Source: a virus
Reading direction: 5' to 3' (one strand)
IMG/VR virus record: IMGVR_UViG_3300038722_000002
Span: 1 to 64,000 of that record
DNA: 64,000 nucleotides
The position numbers and the translations under genes were made by a program. Positions 1-8,737 of the stretch are shown here, piece by piece; position 1 is the first letter of the stretch; each line of letters begins with the position of its first letter. Below the pieces are notes generated by a model, which was given only the letters and a program-made list of their open reading frames with translations, had not been told where the DNA came from and did not search any database.

Positions 1-2
1 GC

Positions 3-170
3 ATTATATTAGGTGCAGGCTACCCACACGATGAAGGCTATAAGGGTTATACTGGGAACAAGCATTTCAGAGGAATGGCTATGTTGCATCAAGTGAAGAA
101 TGGTAGTTTTAATCCCAGCTTTATTGATTTGGAGTACCTAGAGAAGCGTTATGCCGAAATAGTTTTATAA
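3..170 (+). CDS. C-terminal end of a phage calcineurin-like metallophosphoesterase (partial, starts before the window)
   Basis: Open frame IILGAGYPHDEGYKGYTGNKHFRGMAMLHQVKNGSFNPSFIDLEYLEKRYAEIVL*, resembling the C-terminus of phage phosphoesterases. Confidence 0.65.
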   Translation: MILGAGYPHDEGYKGYTGNKHFRGMAMLHQVKNGSFNPSFIDLEYLEKRYAEIVL

Positions 171-196
171 TCAACACAACTAAAGAGGAGAGTATT

Positions 197-373
197 ATGA
201 GCAACACCAATAATTTACCCAAAGAGATGATGGCACTTCTGGAAAAGTATTCTAAGACGGAGGGTTACATTAACCCACACTTCCTAATGGAGGTTACAGG
301 GCCGTTATACATGTATTATGAATTGGAGTCTGATGCGGTAGATACTTGGGTGCAAGAGATGTTTGGTCTGTAG
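197..373 (+). CDS. Small hypothetical protein (58 aa)
   Basis: GAGGAG RBS then ATG; MSNTNNLPKEMMALL...EMFGL*; below the ORF-track cutoff. Confidence 0.7.
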   Translation: MSNTNNLPKEMMALLEKYSKTEGYINPHFLMEVTGPLYMYYELESDAVDTWVQEMFGL

Positions 374-402
374 TTGTATGAGTAGTTTGTATGGTTTATA
401 AT
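374..402 (+). promoter_or_regulatory. Sigma70-like promoter
   Basis: TTGTAT-17 bp-TATAAT. Confidence 0.6.
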
Positions 403-409
403 GGAGGCT

Positions 410-437
410 CCTACTGGCGAGAGCTGGTAGGGTTTTT
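410..437 (+). terminator. Rho-independent terminator
   Basis: CCTACTGGC-GAGA-GCTGGTAGG stem with G-U pairs, followed by GTTTTT. Confidence 0.65.
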
Positions 438-458
438 GTTTATTTAAGGAGAAATGAT

Positions 459-746
459 ATGACAGATTTTGATGTATACGCAGACACATCCCCCGACAAG
501 AAGGGTGTGGTATTTGGCACAGGTTACCTAGTAGAAGGCATGAAGGAGCTACTTACCAAGGCAATCGGTGAAGCCACCTCTACGGAAGATATCCGTGAAA
601 TGCTTAATGACGAGTGTATGCAATTCTGCATCCTTGGCTTCTTCTATGGTAAGGGGTTGGATTCGGATGAGTTCAATCAGATGTTCGCCCCATTTGTCGA
701 GGGTGATATGGAAGATTTAGTACGGTTGATTGCGAAGGAGAAATAA
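459..746 (+). CDS. Hypothetical protein
   Basis: 95-aa ORF with AAGGAG RBS. Confidence 0.75.
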   Translation: MTDFDVYADTSPDKKGVVFGTGYLVEGMKELLTKAIGEATSTEDIREMLNDECMQFCILGFFYGKGLDSDEFNQMFAPFVEGDMEDLVRLIAKEK

Positions 747-771
747 TATCATAACTACACTATTATTAGTA

Positions 772-800
772 TTGCTAACAGCATCGTAGATATGTATACT
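772..800 (+). promoter_or_regulatory. Sigma70-like promoter
   Basis: TTGCTA-17 bp-TATACT upstream of the 828 ORF. Confidence 0.6.
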
Positions 801-827
801 ACCTCCAACTAACAACAGGAGAGAAGA

Positions 828-1745
828 ATGACAGTCAAACCATTTTACATTAGATCAGGAGTGTTGACGGACAATCAAATTAATGGAGTTTTAGATAAAG
901 CTGTAGCTTGTGGGGCTATGGCTTATGAATGTAAAGAAAGGGCTTCTTTACATGGGTACTCTGATGTGTATTCCTCCAACTATTTATACTTTGGGGTAGA
1001 TGATGACAACCATACATACATTACTAACAATATGAACATATACGGAGTAGGAGCAGTAGAGCTGACTATCGATCAGGTGGATGAACATCTAGGAATTACT
1101 ACACCTAAATCAAATACCACAAAAGAGTATGTCCGTGAACGTGTAATCACCACATTAAGGAAGTTCAGTTGCGAGAACTATGTTGGCGACACACTAGCTG
1201 AATATGGACTTGACAGTCTTGACGAAGTGGAGCTTTGCTTTGAATTAGAGGAGGAGTTTGGCACCGAAGTAACAGATGCTACGGCTACGGCTTTCACTAC
1301 AGTTACTCAGGTGGTGGATTACATCCTAAACCATGTGGATTTTAATTTAAAGTTTAATTTAAAGCAGAAGGAGGCACAGGTGGAACCAGAACAAGAGGAC
1401 ACTATTTTTAATAAAGAATATGATGTCGTAATAGAGCAGACGGGGGCCTCTACGCCTTCGCAGTATCGACGAAGTATTACTGTTCCAGAGACAGGTAATC
1501 GTGGTGTGCATCATACTGTGGACATTGAGGTGTTTGATGTTGACCATGCTTACGGGTTAGGGCCAACGGGTCATAATATCCTCAAAGCTCTATGTCGGGA
1601 GGGTAAGAAAGAGGGGAACGTAGAGGATTATGATTATAATAAAATTATGTTTAATTCCTTGCTAATATGGAAGAACAATGGTAAAATCACACCTAAGCGG
1701 TTCTGGGAGCTTGCTGTGGAACTTGGTGTGGCTAAGGAGATATAA
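828..1745 (+). CDS. Three-domain protein: N-terminal domain paralogous to 5019-5423, acyl-carrier-protein domain, DUF3310-like C-terminal domain
   Basis: GLDSLDEVELCFELEEEFGTEVTD...TTVTQVVDYI matches the AcpP phosphopantetheine region (Ser130); C-terminal GHNILKALCREGKKEG..EDYDYNK resembles DUF3310. Confidence 0.8.
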   Translation: MTVKPFYIRSGVLTDNQINGVLDKAVACGAMAYECKERASLHGYSDVYSSNYLYFGVDDDNHTYITNNMNIYGVGAVELTIDQVDEHLGITTPKSNTTKEYVRERVITTLRKFSCENYVGDTLAEYGLDSLDEVELCFELEEEFGTEVTDATATAFTTVTQVVDYILNHVDFNLKFNLKQKEAQVEPEQEDTIFNKEYDVVIEQTGASTPSQYRRSITVPETGNRGVHHTVDIEVFDVDHAYGLGPTGHNILKALCREGKKEGNVEDYDYNKIMFNSLLIWKNNGKITPKRFWELAVELGVAKEI

Positions 1746-1747
1746 TA

Positions 1748-2035
1748 ATGGAAGTTATAATTATACCTGATAAATGGAAAGTGGTTGTTGACAATTACAA
1801 TCACTCTCTGTATAAATGGAATACTGAATACGTTAATAGGAAAAAAGAGGTTGTCCCTGCTAAATGGAAACCTGAATATATATACTTCCCAACACTACCT
1901 CAGTGTGTCCGTTACATCTTGAAACAGGAGATGTTACATGATACATACGATAGTTTAGAAGCTTGTCTATTAGCACAGGAAGAAAAACTACAAGGAATAT
2001 TACAGGAGTTTAAATGTCAACAGATTGGTTCTTGA
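1748..2035 (+). CDS. Hypothetical protein (DUF5405-like)
   Basis: 95-aa ORF coupled to its neighbours; YFPTLPQCVRYI motif. Confidence 0.65.
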   Translation: MEVIIIPDKWKVVVDNYNHSLYKWNTEYVNRKKEVVPAKWKPEYIYFPTLPQCVRYILKQEMLHDTYDSLEACLLAQEEKLQGILQEFKCQQIGS

Positions 2036-2619
2036 AGAAGAGTAAATTTAATCGTTATGCTGAAGCGGTTGTACTGTTCAATGAAATTGCTCGTAAGGAG
2101 CCTCCCACACTCTCACAACAACGAGCGTTAGGGGTAGAGGAGTTCACTGAGACTTACAAGGCATGGGAGGAGAGGGATAAAGTTGAATACTTAGATGGAC
2201 TTATTGATTCATTTGTAGTGTCAAGTTACTTCCATTACATGCAATCGGGTAGTACAGATGTAGAGCAATTCAAAGGCGACCCTACTGTCTATATGGGGGA
2301 GGTGTTGGATAATGTCAAGTACAACTTCGACATGTGGAAACTACTGCACGTCTCTATGTTACTATTACAATCTATTGATGTAGATTATGAGGGAGCTATA
2401 CAAGAAGTGTTGTATAGTAATATGAGTAAGTTTACACTATACCACAGTAGTGACGAAGGTGCCTACGACAGGGAACGTGATTGGATTATGGAGAACACGG
2501 AATATGTAGGAGTTACATGGGAAGTCAATAAAGACTATGTTGTCTTTAAAGATGAGAACAATAAGGTGATGAAGCCTTCTTACTATGTAGCGCCTGTATT
2601 AGAACCATATATTAATTGA
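2014..2619 (+). CDS. MazG/PRA-PH-like all-alpha NTP pyrophosphohydrolase
   Basis: EEFTE...DGLID...EVLYSNMSK...KVMKP motifs. Confidence 0.8.
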   Translation: MSTDWFLKKSKFNRYAEAVVLFNEIARKEPPTLSQQRALGVEEFTETYKAWEERDKVEYLDGLIDSFVVSSYFHYMQSGSTDVEQFKGDPTVYMGEVLDNVKYNFDMWKLLHVSMLLLQSIDVDYEGAIQEVLYSNMSKFTLYHSSDEGAYDRERDWIMENTEYVGVTWEVNKDYVVFKDENNKVMKPSYYVAPVLEPYIN

Positions 2620-2629
2620 GGAGAGAAGA

Positions 2630-3502
2630 ATGACAACACAACCAAGCGCTAAAGTTATTTGTGATAGTGTTAGCCCTAACGGTGACAGACTGATAACGAT
2701 GGAAATAGAACTACACAGGTTCATACTTCCTGAATGGAACACACATAGAAGTATCTCACGTAACTTCCAAAGTAGTCGTGCTATTCCTATTCTACGTCAG
2801 TTACAACAGATTATGGATGACCCTGCTCTCCCTGTGTACTGGGGTAAGAATCAGGCAGGTATGACCGCCAAGGAGGAGCTATCGTTAGAAGCTATTGAAG
2901 AGTGTAAAGATGACATTTTGATGCTTCGCGACATGGCTGTAGCTGTGGCTAAACGTCTTCACAAGCGAGGACTGCACAAGCAAACAGTGAATCGTTATGT
3001 AGAACCGTGGATGTGGACTAAAGGTGTTGTAACAGCCACCTGTGAAGCATGGCGAGGACTGTTAGACTTACGCAATCATCCAGACGCTCAACCAGAGTTC
3101 AAAGCCTTGGCTGTGGAGATCGAACGTAATATCCGTAACTCCAATCCCACACAACTCGAATGGGGTGAGTATCACATGCCTTATGTGAATAAGACAGTCG
3201 ATATGAGTGTGGTGAATCAGGTTAAGTTGTCCACCAGCTGTAACGCACAAGTATCTTATCGTGTGCTAGACGAGACGTTAGATAAGGCTATTAAGATTTA
3301 CGATATGCTCAACTTACCTGTGGCTGCAATATACGGAGAAGATCCTCCACATTTCAGCCCTACAGAGCATGTTGCATTGTGTTATGATGGTTTGTGGGTA
3401 GGTGATAGTGGTAATTTCCACTCAGATGATTGGTGGCAATATCGTAAAGCATTAGAGACAGGGCAAGAAGATTTATTTATTAAACTAGGAGAGGGGAAGT
3501 AA
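2630..3502 (+). CDS. thyX: FAD-dependent thymidylate synthase (phage ThyX-like)
   Basis: RFILPEWNTHRSISRNFQSSRAIP, GLHKQTVNR and LRNHPDAQPEF motifs. Confidence 0.85.
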   Translation: MTTQPSAKVICDSVSPNGDRLITMEIELHRFILPEWNTHRSISRNFQSSRAIPILRQLQQIMDDPALPVYWGKNQAGMTAKEELSLEAIEECKDDILMLRDMAVAVAKRLHKRGLHKQTVNRYVEPWMWTKGVVTATCEAWRGLLDLRNHPDAQPEFKALAVEIERNIRNSNPTQLEWGEYHMPYVNKTVDMSVVNQVKLSTSCNAQVSYRVLDETLDKAIKIYDMLNLPVAAIYGEDPPHFSPTEHVALCYDGLWVGDSGNFHSDDWWQYRKALETGQEDLFIKLGEGK

Positions 3503-3798
3503 TGAAAACTATTACGAAGAAATTCACAGTAGAGGCATCTATCGGTATGGAGATTAGCCTAGAGGAGCTTATCGAACGAACGGGCGGGGTATGTTGTAAT
3601 GCAGGTCATAGTCATTTTGTTAATGAGCTTACAGAAGTACTTGTTAAAGGTAAGCCTGTCAACTTATCTGACATCAAGGTACGTCTGTTTGCAGAGGAGG
3701 ATGAGGCTACTGACATCGTAAGCGATGCTGTACGTATGCAAGAGTTCACTATTGCTACACCTAAGAAGGTAGCTCCGAAGAAGAAAGGAAACAAGTAA
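3502..3798 (+). CDS. Hypothetical protein
   Basis: 98-aa ORF with TAATG coupling at both ends. Confidence 0.75.
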   Translation: MKTITKKFTVEASIGMEISLEELIERTGGVCCNAGHSHFVNELTEVLVKGKPVNLSDIKVRLFAEEDEATDIVSDAVRMQEFTIATPKKVAPKKKGNK

Positions 3799-4151
3799 TG
3801 TACGTTTTACTACACGTAGTATATGATGATAACGGCGCTCGGTATGAGGAGTTTGTAGGTGTGTTGCAGGAGGACGATCCGTATGGTGCGCCAATTAAGA
3901 GACTTATGACAGAAACCAACGACATTTATTGTACTGACCGTAAGACGAGTAAGGCTCTCGATGGTAGTGAGACAGATCATTACTTGTTACTCCCCATACA
4001 GGAGGATGGAACTGTAACACCAGCCCCACACCCGTTACAGAACATACACGACCTATTAAGCGAAGTTGATAGACACGAAATAGTAATTTCACCTGAAGTT
4101 ACACGTGAATGGATTAATATTTTAAAAGAGGAAATTAATAAAGATGACTAA
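3798..4151 (+). CDS. Hypothetical protein
   Basis: 117-aa ORF within the operon. Confidence 0.7.
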   Translation: MYVLLHVVYDDNGARYEEFVGVLQEDDPYGAPIKRLMTETNDIYCTDRKTSKALDGSETDHYLLLPIQEDGTVTPAPHPLQNIHDLLSEVDRHEIVISPEVTREWINILKEEINKDD

Positions 4152-4401
4152 AGAACTAACTAAACAGAAAGAAGGTGAGTTGATTAACGAGGCAATTAAC
4201 CTCATCGTTGCTCGTGAGTCAGCTAAAGAGTCCCTAGCTGGTAATTTAACTATCAGTAAAGACACCTATGGTGACGCTGCGGCTAACATCAATAAAGATG
4301 CAGAAGCGATCTACAAGGCTACTCAAGACCGTGAGAAGTATGAGAAGAATAAAGAAATCAAACAGCGTGAGTTTGATGTCGTAGAAGAAGCACTGAGCTA
4401 A
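4144..4401 (+). CDS. Small helical protein, possibly a T4 DsbA/GapR-like DNA-binding protein
   Basis: 85-aa charged all-helical ORF with GAGG RBS; family call is weak. Confidence 0.6.
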   Translation: MTKELTKQKEGELINEAINLIVARESAKESLAGNLTISKDTYGDAAANINKDAEAIYKATQDREKYEKNKEIKQREFDVVEEALS

Positions 4402-4407
4402 TCGAAT

Positions 4408-4439
4408 GGGACACATGACTTCGGTTGTGTGTCCTTTTT
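4408..4439 (+). terminator. Rho-independent terminator
   Basis: GGGACACATGAC-TTCG-GTTGTGTGTCCT followed by TTTT. Confidence 0.85.
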
Positions 4440-4479
4440 GTTATCTGGAATAAAATAAATATACATATATGGAGTATTA

Positions 4480-4965
4480 ATGGAATACGAAGAGAACTAC
4501 GACGAACTAACCACAGATGATTTACAAAACAACCTGTTTCTTGCTTTGCTTGATGCGGGATATACAGGAACACAAGCCGAGATGTTGGCTGAGAAGCGAT
4601 ACAGTGGTGCATACAGCACACAAGAAGCAGAGGCTAGCATTTACCCTATCCGTAAGCTAATCGCTCTCCATCGGCTACCTGAGCAGTTTCATGGGCTATC
4701 TGACAAACAGAAGGATAAGTTTCTATGGGAACTAGGATTTGACACTAAACTATATAAGTACCAAGTACGTTTAGATTGGATGCGCGACTCAGAGGATAGC
4801 CCTAAGCAACAATATGGTGAGTTCATCGTCTGTACTGAGAGGGTTGATAAAGGCTGGACTGTAGGTAATCCACATGCTAGTATAGAAGCACGTTATTTCT
4901 ATGACCAAGAGGAAATGCGGGACATAATCTCATGCCGAGGGAAGGCGGTGAGAAAAAAGGTATGA
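4480..4965 (+). CDS. Hypothetical protein
   Basis: 161-aa ORF with GGAG RBS. Confidence 0.75.
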   Translation: MEYEENYDELTTDDLQNNLFLALLDAGYTGTQAEMLAEKRYSGAYSTQEAEASIYPIRKLIALHRLPEQFHGLSDKQKDKFLWELGFDTKLYKYQVRLDWMRDSEDSPKQQYGEFIVCTERVDKGWTVGNPHASIEARYFYDQEEMRDIISCRGKAVRKKV

Positions 4966-4989
4966 CATTTGGTATTAAAGATGTATAAT
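4962..4989 (+). promoter_or_regulatory. Sigma70-like promoter
   Basis: ATGACA-16 bp-TATAAT upstream of 5019. Confidence 0.55.
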
Positions 4990-5018
4990 ACACATACTTT
5001 ATTGACTAGGAGAGAATA

Positions 5019-5423
5019 ATGACAGTTAAGCCATTTTATATTAAATCAGAAGGGTTGACGGACGACCGAATTAATGAAGTTTTAGATAAAGCTGTAGACT
5101 GTGGAGCTAGGGTTTATGAAAGTAAAGAAGGGGCTTCTCGGTATACGTACCCGCATACGCTCGTCGAGAGATACTTATACTTTGGAGTGGATGATGAGAA
5201 CGATACATATGTTTCTGACGAGATTGACATGTACGGAGTAGGAGCAGTAGAGTTGACTGTAGATCAAGTGGATGAACATTTACTAGGGAACACCCATGCA
5301 GTGCCCGTTGTAGACGACATTGATGAAACTCACGAGGCGTTGTGTGTTGCGATAGACCGTATCCTAACGACAGATATTACACCTAAGATCAAGACCATTT
5401 TAATCAAGAAGTTACTACAGTAG
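5019..5423 (+). CDS. Hypothetical protein, paralog of the N-terminal domain of 828-1745
   Basis: Shares MTVKPFYI.S..LTD..IN.VLDKAV.CGA...YLYFGVDD.N.TY...YGVGAVELT.DQVDEHL. Confidence 0.8.
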   Translation: MTVKPFYIKSEGLTDDRINEVLDKAVDCGARVYESKEGASRYTYPHTLVERYLYFGVDDENDTYVSDEIDMYGVGAVELTVDQVDEHLLGNTHAVPVVDDIDETHEALCVAIDRILTTDITPKIKTILIKKLLQ

Positions 5424-5437
5424 TAATCATCAGACGT

Positions 5438-5473
5438 AAAAAAGCCCCGAACCAATAAAGGAACGGGGCTTAC
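5438..5473. terminator. Terminator between convergent operons (end of the late operon)
   Basis: AAAAAAGCCCCG...CGGGGCTT inverted repeat; U-tract on the - strand. Confidence 0.75.
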
Positions 5474-5505
5474 TTCAATCATCGAAGTCAATCTCACAGG
5501 AGGAA

Positions 5506-5973
5506 CTATTTAGGAGGTGTTATATTATGTAGGGATTTTAAATACTGAGTTGACCTGTACAAGTCGTCATTAGACCTCTGTAACAACCGTACACTCTCCT
5601 TGTTCTCAGTAACGTCCTCTTTTAACCTCTCTATATCCGTCAAGTATGTCCTGATGTTTTGTGATAACTCTCTGTTATCGTCTTCCAATTCTCTATAGTT
5701 CTCTGTGAACCTATCCTGTAATTTAGCCATTTCTTGTGAAAACTCTCTTTGGAGTTCTAACTTGGCTTTGTCCGTACTATCGTTCCACTTCTGTGTCTGG
5801 ATTCCTGTGAAAAATATCGCCCCTATTATTGTTATGATTATAGGTAGGGCGTTAATGAACTTCCCTGTTGCATCTACAGGAGGTCTTGTGGGACGGTCAC
5901 TCTGAGCAGGTTGCTTTGCAGCTTCCAACATTTTACTTACTTCCAATATACGAGCTAACTCTTCATTATCCAC
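5506..5973 (-). CDS. Single-TM coiled-coil membrane protein
   Basis: Hydrophobic ALPIIITIIGAIFFTGI followed by a heptad-rich segment. Confidence 0.75.
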   Translation of the reverse strand: MDNEELARILEVSKMLEAAKQPAQSDRPTRPPVDATGKFINALPIIITIIGAIFFTGIQTQKWNDSTDKAKLELQREFSQEMAKLQDRFTENYRELEDDNRELSQNIRTYLTDIERLKEDVTENKESVRLLQRSNDDLYRSTQYLKSLHNITPPK

Positions 5974-5987
5974 AACGCCTCCATAGG

Positions 5988-6209
5988 CTAATCTTTCTTC
6001 TTCTCAGCCCATCGTATTGCTGTACGTACATCGTCCAATGTATGTTCTAGGTTATTAATACGAATATGTGTGTGTTCTTTGTGATCATCAAAGTCTTGCT
6101 TATGATCATCGAGTGAAGACTTCTGCTCGAAGAACTGGTGTGTCAAAGTGGTTAGCCAGATAGTTATTAGGATCACCAACGACCAGAATAATATAAAATC
6201 AACGCCCAT
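5988..6209 (-). CDS. Small single-TM membrane protein (lysis region)
   Basis: Likely start MGVDFILFWSLVILITIWL; ORF track 5988-6242. Confidence 0.7.
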   Translation of the reverse strand: MGVDFILFWSLVILITIWLTTLTHQFFEQKSSLDDHKQDFDDHKEHTHIRINNLEHTLDDVRTAIRWAEKKKD

Positions 6210-6504
6210 TGTATTCATCCACCCAACTGTTATGACGAACAAAACATGGTTCGTATTTGGTCATTATCTCTTGTATCTGATATAGACTATCCTGCTCTGT
6301 CTTTATCTCCCCCAACCATCTAGGCCATTCGCACTTAGTAGTGTAGAATGAATCATACTTAGTGTTAATATCATTGACTGCCCCTACAAGAGCCTCTGTG
6401 GCCTCTTGTTGAGGTTTAGCTACGACACTAGGCTTAGTATTAGTTAGGGTAGAACATGCGCTCACAGACAGCACAAGGAGTCCTACGGCTATCTTACTCC
6501 ACAT
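6199..6504 (-). CDS. Lipoprotein, putative o-spanin (Rz1-like)
   Basis: MWSKIAVGLLVLSVSAC lipobox; C-terminal CEWP...YEPCFVRHNSWV. Confidence 0.7.
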   Translation of the reverse strand: MWSKIAVGLLVLSVSACSTLTNTKPSVVAKPQQEATEALVGAVNDINTKYDSFYTTKCEWPRWLGEIKTEQDSLYQIQEIMTKYEPCFVRHNSWVDEYNGR

Positions 6505-6784
6505 TATCATCTCTCCATTTGATGTCGGCATCGGGTTGGTGTTTATTAATCATCATCTCTATGAGTTTATATAGCCCTGTAATGATTCCTGTGACGATAC
6601 CCGCCCAAGCCATACCTTGCCATTCGTCATATGTTGACATAGCCACCATGAGGTGTGTTATGATACGGTTAAATTCGTAGACAAGGAATAAGGTGAATCC
6701 CAGAGGTGCTACACGGTAAGTCTTTAGGAGGCGGTGTAAGTCATAGTAAATGAAGTGTTTAATATTATTAACTATTTCATTCAT
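6494..6784 (-). CDS. Two-TM membrane protein, putative holin
   Basis: Likely ATG at 6784 after GGAGG; two hydrophobic segments and a charged C-terminus. Confidence 0.6.
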   Translation of the reverse strand: MNEIVNNIKHFIYYDLHRLLKTYRVAPLGFTLFLVYEFNRIITHLMVAMSTYDEWQGMAWAGIVTGIITGLYKLIEMMINKHQPDADIKWRDDNVE

Positions 6785-7190
6785 TACGCCTCCCTGAAAC
6801 CAACTGTTTGACAACTTCGTTATAATCCTCACTTAGTTCACATTGAGATTGTATTGTGCCAATCCTACGTGTAATCTCAATGATGGGTCTATCGTCCAAT
6901 TCCTGTTGTAACTCAGCAGCCCTATTAGAGCTGGATGTAGAAGCCTCCTGAGAGACCGTCAGTTGCGTTGTAAGCTCGTTTATCCGTTCACTATACTCAT
7001 TGTATATCTCTTCCCTTAGAGCCTTCTCTTGTGCCATGTAGGACGCCTGAGAGGCATTGAATCCCGCAGTGTAGTTCTGTGCATCACGTTTATTAACATA
7101 ACTTATGATTGCAGCCAGAATAGCTAGGATTAAAGCGAGTTTAGCAATGCCTGAATCAAATAAACCTAAGAAGTCTTTAATTAATGACAT
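6777..7190 (-). CDS. Putative i-spanin (Rz-like)
   Basis: N-terminal TM (IAKLALILAILAAIISYV), coiled coil, C-terminal Cys (QCELS). Confidence 0.7.
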   Translation of the reverse strand: MSLIKDFLGLFDSGIAKLALILAILAAIISYVNKRDAQNYTAGFNASQASYMAQEKALREEIYNEYSERINELTTQLTVSQEASTSSSNRAAELQQELDDRPIIEITRRIGTIQSQCELSEDYNEVVKQLVSGRRNE

Positions 7191-7200
7191 TGCTATCTCT

Positions 7201-7437
7201 TTAAGCTATAGGACGATAGTTAGTTTCATAACCAGCAGCACCAGTTACAAGGAGACGTATCTCAGCGTTGAAGCCTCGCCATTCTGTAGGACTATCTTGT
7301 GTAGCAGTAACCTGCGTTACATATGCACCATTAATCTTCTGTTGCAACTCAACAGTACCACCACCTGAGAGGTCGTAAGCTGCATAGAAGTCTTGTCTAC
7401 CTATGACGAACTCTTTTGTTTCACTGTAGTAATTCAT
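7201..7437 (-). CDS. Small virion-associated or hypothetical protein
   Basis: 78-aa beta-rich ORF with AGGA RBS. Confidence 0.7.
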   Translation of the reverse strand: MNYYSETKEFVIGRQDFYAAYDLSGGGTVELQQKINGAYVTQVTATQDSPTEWRGFNAEIRLLVTGAAGYETNYRPIA

Positions 7438-7556
7438 GTGTTTCCTATTATTTATATGTAGATTACATAAGAAACTGGGTCAGCTTATTAATGACATACA
7501 GTTTCTTCGTTTTGGTTCTTGTTGTTTTAACCTGAGTGGGATTAGGGGACAACCTC

Positions 7557-7919
7557 TTATCCCCTGATAAAGTCCTGCATCACCCGTATGGTAGAGTCAT
7601 TTAGGCAGACCTCAACGAAACGTACTGATGAGCTGACTTTATAACCGACACCAAACTTGTAATTACCCCCAATTACTAACCCGCCAACACCCCAAGCATC
7701 GCTAGGGATGGTAGCTAGTATTTTAGTGTTTGTGTCATCCCAAGATAGGCCAGCACCCAAGGTAAGTGTTACCAAAGAGTCGGGGTCACTATCAGTAGCC
7801 GCGGTTTTTACTAGCAAGATTGCTTCTACTATATCAGCACTGGTAATTTCTTCAGAGGCTAGGATAGAGGAGAAATCCAGTACTATCTCTTCCTGTGTCT
7901 CATAAAACAATTCCATCAT
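7557..7919 (-). CDS. Putative virion structural protein (Ig/BppU-like)
   Basis: 120-aa beta-rich ORF with GGAGG RBS. Confidence 0.65.
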   Translation of the reverse strand: MMELFYETQEEIVLDFSSILASEEITSADIVEAILLVKTAATDSDPDSLVTLTLGAGLSWDDTNTKILATIPSDAWGVGGLVIGGNYKFGVGYKVSSSVRFVEVCLNDSTIRVMQDFIRG

Positions 7920-8080
7920 TTACCTCCTAATACTGTAACTGTTTTTGTTTTAATAGAGACTTCTACTTCTTTGGGTAGCATGGCGGCAGAGACTTCCTTC
8001 TTAGGTAGCTCTGCAAAAACATTATTCGTCTGTACTGCGACAACCTTGGGAGGTTGTGAAAAACCATAAGTGTAAAACAC
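7916..8080 (-). CDS. Small hypothetical protein (54 aa)
   Basis: GTG start overlaps the stop of 8080-8682 and the stop overlaps the ATG of 7919; VFYTYGFSQPPKV...LGGK*. Confidence 0.55.
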   Translation of the reverse strand: MFYTYGFSQPPKVVAVQTNNVFAELPKKEVSAAMLPKEVEVSIKTKTVTVLGGK

Positions 8081-8682
8081 TAGGGAGACTCCTTCGGTGC
8101 TATTTCATCTGCATCATACAGTGTTGAGGGTATGCCATTCTTATATGATTGATTTACATGTCTAGGTGTTATGTTGTCTTGATCGTATATAGTAACCTCA
8201 CCAGAAGCAATATCCTGTACACGCCTACCTAACAAGGAGAGATAAACCGACTGTAGTTCTGCGGCTTGCTCAACAGATAGACCAGACCCAGAACTGATTG
8301 TAATGACCTCTACTTGTGGCGGTATATAGTTGATGTCTATAGACGTTGTGGGGCTTAGTCCACTTTTATCAAAGCAATCAACACCCTCTTGTCCATCGTC
8401 CGTGATTATTGTACCAGTGACGGTAATTACATGACTATCATCGTATGGTACTATTTTAGTGCCGTGCTCACACCTAACATAACGTTCAGTAGCTTTACCG
8501 CCACCCTTATCGACATTACCAAACGCTTTTAAAAACACTTTGTATTTACGCAGGCTCTCATCGGTTTTACGAAGCGCCCTCATTTCCTTATAAATGTCTA
8601 TCGGGTGTACATCATTTCCTTGAGTGCTTGCGCTTAAATATATTCTTCTATTAACTCCATCTATGCTATCAATCACTGCCAT
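8080..8682 (-). CDS. Putative virion structural protein (fibre module)
   Basis: 200-aa ORF in the late operon; VEVITISSGSGLS segment. Confidence 0.7.
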   Translation of the reverse strand: MAVIDSIDGVNRRIYLSASTQGNDVHPIDIYKEMRALRKTDESLRKYKVFLKAFGNVDKGGGKATERYVRCEHGTKIVPYDDSHVITVTGTIITDDGQEGVDCFDKSGLSPTTSIDINYIPPQVEVITISSGSGLSVEQAAELQSVYLSLLGRRVQDIASGEVTIYDQDNITPRHVNQSYKNGIPSTLYDADEIAPKESP

Positions 8683-8716
8683 GCTTTACACCCCGATATA
8701 CTTTGAAACAAGGGCA

Positions 8717-8730
8717 CCTGTGGTGCCCTG
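8717..8730 (-). terminator. Hairpin, probable terminator (stem spans about 8710-8730)
   Basis: AGGGCAC-CTGTG-GTGCCCT. Confidence 0.4.
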
Positions 8731-8737
8731 AAAACAT

